This document shows, one piece after another, positions 54,227 through 64,000 of a stretch of 64,000 nucleotides of DNA. The notes beneath the pieces were generated by a model. That model was not told the DNA's origin and did not search any database. It saw nothing but the letters and a program-made list of their open reading frames with translations. A program made the translations under genes and the position numbers. The number at the start of each line of letters is the position of its first letter. Position 1 is the stretch's first letter. Origin of the DNA: Octopus sinensis (Eukaryota); NCBI RefSeq assembly GCF_006345805.1, contig NC_043001.1:32922001-32986000 (forward strand), in the 5' to 3' direction.

Positions 54227-54560
54227 CAAGGCGCATGGTTCAGTGCTTATAGCATCAGGTTTGCAATCTTGTGGTAGTAAGCTCGATTCCGAGCTGTGTG
54301 CTGTGTTCTTCTGCAAGACACTTGATTTCACGTTGCTCCACTTCACTCAGCTGTAGAAATGAGTTGTGACATCACTGGTGCCAAGCAGTATCAGCTTTTA
54401 CCTTTCCTGTGGATAATATCAGTGGTGTGGAGAGGGGAGGCTGGTATGCATGGGCGACTGCTGGTCTTCTATGAAACAACCTTGCGCGGACTAACGCCTC
54501 GGAGGGTAACTTTCTAGGTTCAATCTCATGGTCAGTCATGACCTAAAGGGGTCCTCACCG
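54227..54560 (+). mobile_element. tRNA-derived SINE family E
   Basis: Degenerate A/B boxes. Shares GCAAGACACTTGATTTCACGTTGCTCCA.TTCACTCAGCTG with family D but has a different 3' half. Confidence 0.65.
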
Positions 54561-54737
54561 TTTACACTTATGTTACACCTTGTGATCAGTATATACAAAG
54601 TAGCACATTTCTGCGCATTCATTGAAACATTGAATGTGTGTGTGTATGCATATATGTATTTATGTGTGTATATGTACGTGTCGGTGTATGTATGTGTATA
54701 TGTATATATATATGTATATATATATATTTATTATATA

Positions 54738-54781
<44 letters not shown>

Positions 54782-54785
54782 ATAT

Positions 54786-54846
<61 letters not shown>

Positions 54847-55551
54847 GTATGGTGTGTGTGTAATATATATACGTCATACATATACATGCTGCATACATGA
54901 CATATATTTTCATTTGTGAATATGTGTGTGTTTGTGTATGTGTGTGTGTGTTAAACTAGTTAAATTCATAATATTTTATATGCACATACACACACATATA
55001 TACATATATATATATATATATATGCACATATATACAAATAATGTATGGGTATATAGTGATACATTGATTGACTGATTGATTGATTAATTAATTAATTAAT
55101 TAATTAATTAATTGATTGATTGATCGATTTGAACTTGGGTAGTCTAAACACTTAAATCATTTTTATTGCATATATTTTATTGAGAAGAGACAGAAGACAC
55201 CATTGTTCTCACCAACATTCGACTCTGAGTTGGAGAGGAATTGAACGGAGCACTCCTTTCCTTTATCTCTCACTCCTTCTTTCTCACTCTCCTCTCTCTT
55301 TTTATCAATCGCTGTATATCTGTCTCATCCTTCCTCCTCTCTCCGTTTCTTTCTCTCTCGCACACGCATATAGACACATACAAACCTCAGACATAAGTAC
55401 TATACTTCCGGTCTGGTATTCGTCCAACCAAAATAAAAATTTACGAATGTGTCAATTTTTTGCTTTTTTATCTTATTTTGGTAACTATGGTAACAATGTA
55501 ATTAAAAATATCCACTTCATCACCCTACACACATACAACCCTTATGCATAT

Positions 55552-56117
55552 ATTCTATTCTACTCTAGGTACAAGGCGCGAAATTTTGGGGGAGGAGAGC
55601 TAGTCGATTAGATCAACTGGTATTTAATTTATCGAACCTGAAAGGATGTATGGCAAAGTCGACCACGGCGGAATTTGAACTCAGAACGAAAAGACAGACG
55701 AAATACCTATTTCTTTACTACCCACAAGAGCCTAACCACCGAGGGGACAAACAAGGACAGACAAACGGATTAAGCCGATTATATCGACCCCAGTGCGTAA
55801 CTGGTACTTATTTAATCGACCCCGAAAGGATGTAAGGCAAAGTCGACCTCGTGGAATTTGAACTCAGAACGTAACGGCAGACGAAATACCTATTCATTTT
55901 ACCCACAATGGGCTAAACACAGAGGGTACAAACAAGGACAGACATAGGTATTAAGTCGATTACATCGACCCCAGTGCGTAACTGGTACTTAATTTATCGA
56001 CCCCAAAGGATAAGGCAAAGTCGACCTCGGCGGAATTTGAACTCACACGTAACGGCAGACGAAATACCGCTAAGCATTTCGCCCGGCGTGCTAACGTTTC
56101 TGCCAGCTCGCCGCCTT
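55552..56117 (-). mobile_element. SINE family A trimer
   Basis: One head and three bodies. Junctions read GAAATACC|TATT on the plus strand at about 55708 and about 55890. The terminal unit has the alternative tail. Confidence 0.9.
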
Positions 56118-56355
56118 CCCCTACACATATAATATTTGTCTAATTATGTAGTTACCATAGATATCTAATATCATATATACAATATACCTGCATACACAAA
56201 CAATTTTCTGTGTCTGCGTATTTGTGTCTAAATGAAAGACTTAATATTATTTACCATTGTCATCAATGGTAATGTATTTGATACTTATGCATCACGTATC
56301 CGCCCATATATTTGTTCGTATGTACACACACACACACACACACACTCACAAACAC

Positions 56356-56528
56356 ATCCCTCTACTATCGCGGGTGTTACGTTCCAAAAACTCCGCGATA
56401 GGTGAAAATCCGCGAAGTAGAAACAGTACTGTGCTGTATATTTTCATAATTTGTATATATCTATTCTATTATTAATGCCAAACAACACCACGGTGGAATC
56501 TTAAATAATAAGCCGCGAAAGGTGAACC
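56356..56528 (+). mobile_element. pogo/Tigger-like MITE fragment
   Basis: CTATCGCGGGTGTTACGTTCCAAAAACTCCGCGATAGGTGAAAATCCGCGAA matches the reverse complement of 29270-29335. Confidence 0.6.
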
Positions 56529-56529
56529 T

Positions 56530-56664
56530 TGCTTCCCAGCTACATGATCCCGGGTTCAGTCCCACTACGTGGTACCTTTGGTGAATGTCTTCTACTATAG
56601 CTTCGGGCCGAACAATACCTTGTGAATGGATTTGGCAGACGGGAACTGAAATAAGCCCGTCATG

Positions 56665-56697
<33 letters not shown>

Positions 56698-56895
56698 GTA
56701 TGTATATATGTATGTATGTATGTTTGTATGTATATGTTTGCGTGTTTCTTTCAGTTTCCATCTACCTAATCCATTCACGAGACTTTGCTCGACCAGAGGA
56801 TATTGTAAAAACGCTTGCCCAATGTGCCACAGAGTGGGACTGAACCTCGATCCATGTGGTTTGGAACAAGCTTCTTACCACACAGCCACACCTAC
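56530..56895. mobile_element. two convergent SINE-B 5' halves sharing one microsatellite
   Basis: Plus-strand half at 56530-56660 and minus-strand half at 56745-56895. Confidence 0.7.
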
Positions 56896-56959
56896 GCTTA
56901 TAAATATACATATACATGTATATATACAAACACATAATTACATAGATTGATCAATAGAA

Positions 56960-57020
<61 letters not shown>

Positions 57021-57022
57021 AT

Positions 57023-57085
<63 letters not shown>

Positions 57086-57914
57086 ACAGATAGATAGATA
57101 GATGGATGGATGAATAATTTATATGATGTGCTTTTATATCCATTAGTTAAATGCTAACGATTCTAGCTCGTCATGATCAAATATAATAAATGTATCTGGT
57201 GGCAAGCTACAAGCGGTGACAACGATCACCACCACCTCACAAAACTGTACCACTAACAGCACACACCCATCGTTAACCAAACGCTACATAAACAACTGGA
57301 ACCTTTTATCTTCATTTCATTGCACGTATAAAATCAGTTGGTCTATAAACAGAGCACTCATTTCTGAGCCAATCCAAATTACATATACGATATATGATGC
57401 ATATATATATATGTATATATATACATCATGTATATACATAGAGAGAGAGAGAGAGAGAGTCAGTGAGAGAGAGAGATATGCATATATAAGCATGTATATA
57501 TATATAACATATAATATATATATATATAAATATATATATATACATACACATATATATACATATATACATGTATAAATATATATATATAACACTTGCTATG
57601 CGAGTACATCTCCATAATATATATATATTATATGTATATCATATATTATGTATGTATGTATGCATGCATGTATGTATGTATGTATGTATGTATGTATGCA
57701 TGTATGTAGCTGTGTATTATATTTTGTCTAATTTTCCGCTTGTTATTATTTCGACAATTTTTTTCCCTTTGTTGTGTCCTTTCTATTCAACCCTTAAAAT
57801 ATATGCATGTATATATATATTTATATATATATATTATATATATATATATATATTATATATATATATATATTATTATATATATATATATATATTATGTATA
57901 TATATACATAACAC

Positions 57915-57974
<60 letters not shown>

Positions 57975-58559
57975 CATGTATGCCTTATTCACCACACAAA
58001 CTCACACATACACACACACATGCACACACACACAACACACACACACACACACACACTGAAACATCGTGTCGGTTGTAGATAGATGCTGAATAAAACAAAC
58101 AGGTAACCAAGGCTTTAGGCTAATTATCATCACTGACATTGACAGTCAGCCTCCGTTGCCAAGGTTTCACACCGAGCATGGGATAAACTGGTATACGTAG
58201 GTGCATATGCCGAAACATCAATATACAGGAGGTGACCAACATATACAAATAAATGCAGAACAGGTAAGCAAGTAATAGAAAACGCACATATACACCATAA
58301 AAAAAAAAGAAGAATGGGGAGTGTGGGTGTTCTCGTGGTTATGCTCGTTCTGGTAGTGTTGTTTTTGAGTTGTTTATTGATCTTTAAGCGCACCTTGAAA
58401 ATCGATGTATATTTTCTCATCACTGAATATTTTCTTAAAGGACACAAGCACATACAATCGCACATATGCACACACGTAAACGCAGAAAGGCTCACACATA
58501 CACCTAAACGCATAAAGGCACACACACACACAGACACACACACACATACACATACACAC

Positions 58560-58605
<46 letters not shown>

Positions 58606-59236
58606 ACACACGCACGTACGCACGCACATGAAATCTGGGCGATTGAGAAAGACATATAACGACTGTGTATATTCATTCTATGTACATGTATATATGAGTG
58701 TAACTGTATACTTAATGAACATTTTATTCCGTATACACTCAAACACACATAACGCACACACACATACACACACACATACATATGCATATATATACATATA
58801 CATACATATGCATATATATATATAGATACATACAGACATACACACATATATTATATACCGTGTATATCTGTATGTCCAGGTAAGTATGCGTGTGTATGTA
58901 TATATGTATATATATATCATCGTGATCACCGTGACCGACCAGGCTATCAGATGTTGCTACACATCGCTGGTCACAATGCGCTTCGCATTGTTTTAGCCTT
59001 CAAATGACACCACCTCGCTGGCTAAGCGAGCAGGCGTATATATATATATATATATGTATAAATATATGCGGATGTGTGTATATATATTCATGTGCACACA
59101 CGCGCACACGCACATACACATATGTTATGTATATATATGTGTGTATAGATATATACATGCACAGCCACACACATACACACACACACACATATATATATAC
59201 ATATATATGTACATATAGATATACATACATATATAT

Positions 59237-59293
<57 letters not shown>

Positions 59294-59417
59294 CACACCA
59301 CACACATATATATGAGAATGTGTGACGGTGTGGTTTATGTTTGTACAGATACATATGCATATATTGGCATATTTACAAATGAACACACGTACCTATAAGC
59401 ATACATACAAGTATATA

Positions 59418-59822
59418 GTAGCTGTGTGGTAAGTAGCTTGTTTACCAACCACATGGTTCCCGGTTCAGTCCCACTGCGTGGAACCTTGGGCAAGTGTCTT
59501 CTACTATAGCCTCGGGCAGACCAAAGCCTTGTGAGTGGATTTGGTAGACGGAAACTGAAAGAAGCCCGTCGTATATATGTATATGTATATGTGTGTGCGT
59601 GTGTGTTTGTGTGTCTGTGTTTGTCGCCCTAGCATTGCTTGACAACCGATGCTGGTGTGTTTACGTCCCCGTAACTTAGCGGTTCGGCAAAAGAGACAGA
59701 TAGAATAAGTACTGGGCTTACAAAGAATAAGTTCCGGGGTCGAGTTGCTCGACTAAAGGCGGTGCTCCAGCATGGCCGCAGTCAAAAAATGACTGAAACA
59801 AGTAAAGAGAAAGAGTAAAGAG
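59418..59822 (+). mobile_element. SINE family B (young)
   Basis: Near-consensus copy. Confidence 0.92.
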
Positions 59823-59851
59823 AAATATATTATAATATATATATATATATA

Positions 59852-60090
59852 ACATAAGGGACTAAGCCATCTGATATGGCTAGGGACATGGCAGGGTGGT
59901 GGGGGTGTTACTGTTGCATTTAGCCCCAGCGAACATCAACGTCGCCAGATAGGCTTGACCCATCACGGCGTCCTGATGGGTGTCAAGCCTATCTGGCGAG
60001 TTGATGTTCGCCTGGGGCTAAATGCAACAGTAACACCCCCCCACCCTGCCCTGTCCCTAGCCATATTCAGATGGCTTTAGTCCCTTATGT
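59852..60090. repeat. 239-bp near-perfect palindrome (foldback)
   Basis: ACATAAGGGACTAA...CCCATCA (short loop) TGATGGG...TTAGTCCCTTATGT. The arms differ mainly by small indels. Confidence 0.92.
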
Positions 60091-60137
60091 ATGGAGATTA
60101 CTGTCTATCTCATTAAGAATTATTATTGCTATATATA

Positions 60138-60168
<31 letters not shown>

Positions 60169-60226
60169 CCCACAGACAGACAGAGAAATAGATGGATAGA
60201 TAAATAGATAGATAGATAGATAGATT

Positions 60227-60306
<80 letters not shown>

Positions 60307-61045
60307 AATAGATAGAGAGATAGATAGATCTAAGGGCATAGGGATATTTTGCCAGTAATAGCAGATATTTTGGGTGTTGCTGACTTACACAAAATATAAC
60401 TTTCTGTCGATGCCTGTACGTTAAAAGTAACTGGCAGTCTCCCTCAATCCATAATCGACTTTGGAAAGGAAATTATAAAACGATGCATTAGATAAAGTAG
60501 TCATATACTTTCTAAAATATTGGACGGTCGCTTATGAAGTTCCTTTGATTATAGGCTTCAACGAACAAGGTCCACATGGTGTAAACAACAATAAAATCGG
60601 ACCCTAAACTCGGTAGAAGTTGGTATACGGATGATATATTAAGTGGTCGCATTGCATACCTGGCCCTCACTCAATACAACTTCAATGTTATGAAAAGCGG
60701 AGCAAAGTCCATTCTGGCAAGTCATGGTCTTTTATTCTTAGAATAGTGTAGGGTGTTTGGCACCTTTCAAACTTAATTGGAATGGTTCTTAGTGAGCTAA
60801 TGGCAGTCTGCACACCAAATCATACTTTCTTTTTGAATGGAGTAAATTTGCATATTCACAATATATCTATCGGTATTTATGTGTATATATATATATACAT
60901 ATATACAAATATATATATACATATATGCATATATATATATATAATATATATATATACATGCATACATAGATACATGTAAATATATATATACACACATATA
61001 TACAATACATATATATAATATATATACATATACATACATACATAC

Positions 61046-61087
<42 letters not shown>

Positions 61088-61445
61088 CATATTGGTGTGT
61101 ATGGGGAGAGTCATTCTGTTTTAATGCCTTATTAATTAACACACGCACCAGTTCAATTTCCACTCAATTATTATTTTTTTTCTAAAATCGTCGGTGTGTC
61201 TTGCAACTTCTTCAATAGTTCTGGCCTGTCTGCTATCACCGCTGTGTTCTTTTTGTTTGTTTGTTTGTTTGTTTGTTTGTTTGTTTGCGTGCATGTGTGT
61301 GCTTCAGTGTGCATATGTATAGACATATGTATGCATTATGTATATATATATGTATGCATGCAAGTATGTATGTATGTTATTTTGTATGTATGTATGTATG
61401 TATGTATGTATGTATGTTTGTATGTTTGTATGCTGTGTGTGTATT

Positions 61446-61483
<38 letters not shown>

Positions 61484-61899
61484 CGTGAGTGTATGTTAGT
61501 ATGTATGTTTTCCGCATATTCATGTGTTTGTGTGTTCATGTTTGTATGTGTGAGTGTGTGTACCACTGTCTCATGTGTGCGTGTTTGAGTGTGTCTATGT
61601 GTACAGGTTTGTGTGACTATACTGCGTCTGTTATGCATGGATGTGTGTCTCCACGTGTCCTTGTGTATGTGTGTGTGTGTGTGAAATGTGCCTGCAGGTC
61701 TGTGGTTACATGTTTCAGTCTTCTTTTGTGTATGTATGTGTGTATGTCTGTGTGTGTACTTGTCTGTTGGTATTACTTATGTAACATATATATATATCTA
61801 CATATCTATCTGCTTACTTACACATCAATTATAACACATCAAAAGGATGTATTATAATACTATTCTGCAGCCATGTCAACAAACCAACATATACATACA

Positions 61900-61940
<41 letters not shown>

Positions 61941-61989
61941 GTCTACATAACAGCCTACTAACAAATCTACCTGTGTATGTATAAACTGT

Positions 61990-63710
61990 AGCTATGTAGG
62001 TAATGGAGTATCACTACCTTTTATGTATATTTTTTATCAAGCACTGAGGATGTTTCATTTATGAGGACGTACCCCTTTATTGAGTCCTTCGGTTGCTTCG
62101 ATAAAATGCGGATGTCAAATTGACCCAGTGTGCCTTCATGCTGATCTTTAGCATGTTGGTAGAGTATGAAGGACTGTTTTTTGTCGCCATATCGTCTCAA
62201 ATGGTTATCTACTCTCTCTGCAGTGCTTCTAGATGTTCCACCAAAGTATGTCATATTCTTGTCTTTACACCTAATGGAGGATAGTCTACTAAGGTCATGA
62301 TTTTCTAGGTAGTTACAGTCATACCTTAGTTTAGGGAGGAGGCCCAGTTCCCTCGTGTTGACTTCGCGAAACTAACTCATTCTCACCGATAATCTCAATG
62401 CATTTTTCTCAGTAAAATCTATAGATGGGTAGAGTGAGACCACATCCATACTGCCCATTACACAACCTATGAGGTCGTTGGAGTGGTTGCAACTACTGAT
62501 TCTACTGAGAAGATCGTGCGTACTCACAAAGACATCCGAGGACATTTCAATGAGTGATCGTAACACCTGTGAAAGGAAATAATTGCTACAGTTATTCGCT
62601 ACACAAACTGGCCGGATTTGGGTCCCCATAACAAGGTTTACATAGAGTTTATGGTCCTTATGTAACCAGTATAGCGTATTGTTGAACGCTTGGAAATTTT
62701 GTGCATTCAGTTTCTTGGCTTGGAGTATGTGCTCTACATTCCCATGTGTGCATTGAGAAGTTTTTTTACTCTTTTATGTTCCTGTGGTGCAACTTCTCTC
62801 ATGCTACTGATGTGTTGTTGCATAGTCTGGACATAATTCTGTGGGCTGTCTATTGGCAGCCTGCCAGACTTGTCCGTAATTCTTTGTTCCTAATTCGCTA
62901 TTTCAGTTTTTGTAGGCCATTGGCAACAATTGAATTGAGTTGGTGGGTCTCCCCCTAGTATGTTTTGTAGTGGTTTTGAAGTGTCAGAGTCTAAGATGTG
63001 CCGGAGTCTATCTCTAACTAAGGAAATTTTTGCCTCTCTCTCACAGTCAGTCTGTGGTGAGATATATACCCTTTTGCTGAAGGGTAAGAGTGGGATAGAG
63101 CCCTATCATGTATGATTTGTTGTTGGGGTTATAGAAGACATAGTGTAGCGTGCTACTGGTGATATTATCGTTGTGGTTGTTGTTACGGTCGCTGGCATTG
63201 CTTTTACTGGTGGTGGTGGTGGTGGTGGTGGTACTTGTGTTGCGTTCATTGTTGTTTTTGTTGTTTTTGCTATTGTTGTTATAGTTGTTGTTGTTATTGT
63301 TGTGGGTGATGTTAGTGTTTGTGGCGGTGTGGATGATGTGGTTGGCATTGTTGTCTGTGCGTGGAGTGTTGCATCTATTGTCATTGTTGTTGTTATCAGC
63401 TCTATTGTTGTTGTTGTTTTGGTTTCGTATGTTTGTGTTGTTGTTGTTGATGTAGTAGTAGTATTGTCCTAAACTGTGGTGGTGGTGGTGGTGGTGGCAT
63501 TGTTTTTCGGTGTCCTGGCGCTGAAGTCCTCTGATATTTCACATTCTGTCATGAGAATCGCCTCGATACTGTTTGGGTATCTGTGTTGATTCTTACCATG
63601 CTGAGATCGTTGTTGGCGCTGTTTTATCCAGCTCAGTTCGTTGTTAAAGTGTTTGTTACAGGCTTGGTTTATTCGCCGGTATTCTTGTTGGATCTGCATC
63701 AAAAACGATA
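61990..63710 (-). mobile_element. Penelope-like retroelement relic (RT + GIY-YIG endonuclease), internally deleted
   Basis: Minus strand: TDKSGRL..NYVQTMQQH, LYWLHKDHK..GTQIRPVC, GSMDVVSLYPSID, then IRCKDKNMTYFGGTSRSTAERVDNH..LYQHAKDQH..FDIRIL (GIY-YIG). The N-terminal part is split by a (GTT/GGT)n tract. Confidence 0.85.
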
Positions 63711-63925
63711 TATATATATATATATAATATATATATATATATACATGTATGTATGTAAGTAGGTAGGTAGGTAGGTAGGTATACATATATATATATATAT
63801 ATATAGATAGATAGATAGATAGATAGACCAATATATAGATAGATAGATAGACCGATAGATAGATAGATAGATAGACCGATATATAGATAGATAGATAGAC
63901 CGATATATAGATAGATAGATAGATC

Positions 63926-63967
<42 letters not shown>

Positions 63968-63969
63968 CC

Positions 63970-64000
<31 letters not shown>
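63710..64000. repeat. (TA)/(TAGG)/(GATA)n microsatellite
   Basis: Directly visible. Confidence 0.95.

Noticed and set aside
63106-63472. Mucin-like Thr/Pro ORF and antisense poly-Val ORF
   Set aside because: A degenerate trinucleotide repeat tract inside the Penelope relic, with no splice or domain support.

Overview
AT-rich eukaryotic DNA, intronic or intergenic, with very many microsatellites and one 100-N assembly gap. The SINE repertoire and the (TA)n/(CA)n/(GATA)n load suggest an octopus or other coleoid cephalopod (inference, not verified). I found no host protein-coding exon I can support, and almost all listed ORFs are microsatellite or SINE artefacts. The window is a mosaic of mobile elements: at least five tRNA-derived SINE families (labelled A-E here), a frameshifted piggyBac transposase, a decayed Ty3/Gypsy element with nested insertions, Tx1/L1-clade LINE fragments, a Penelope-like (RT + GIY-YIG) relic, four non-autonomous Helitrons, MITEs and a probable Chapaev3 fragment. 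The most interesting signal is ten minimal type-I hammerhead-ribozyme (HHR)-like motifs from about six different sequence contexts. Six of them form three divergent inverted pairs, and one pair belongs to a TSD-flanked chimera of a tRNA-like Pol III head and an HHR tail (13099-13578). A second notable signal is a SINE with a Tx1-like tail that forms multimers with the same junction at four loci. All family assignments come from reading motifs by eye, and boundaries of old elements are approximate.
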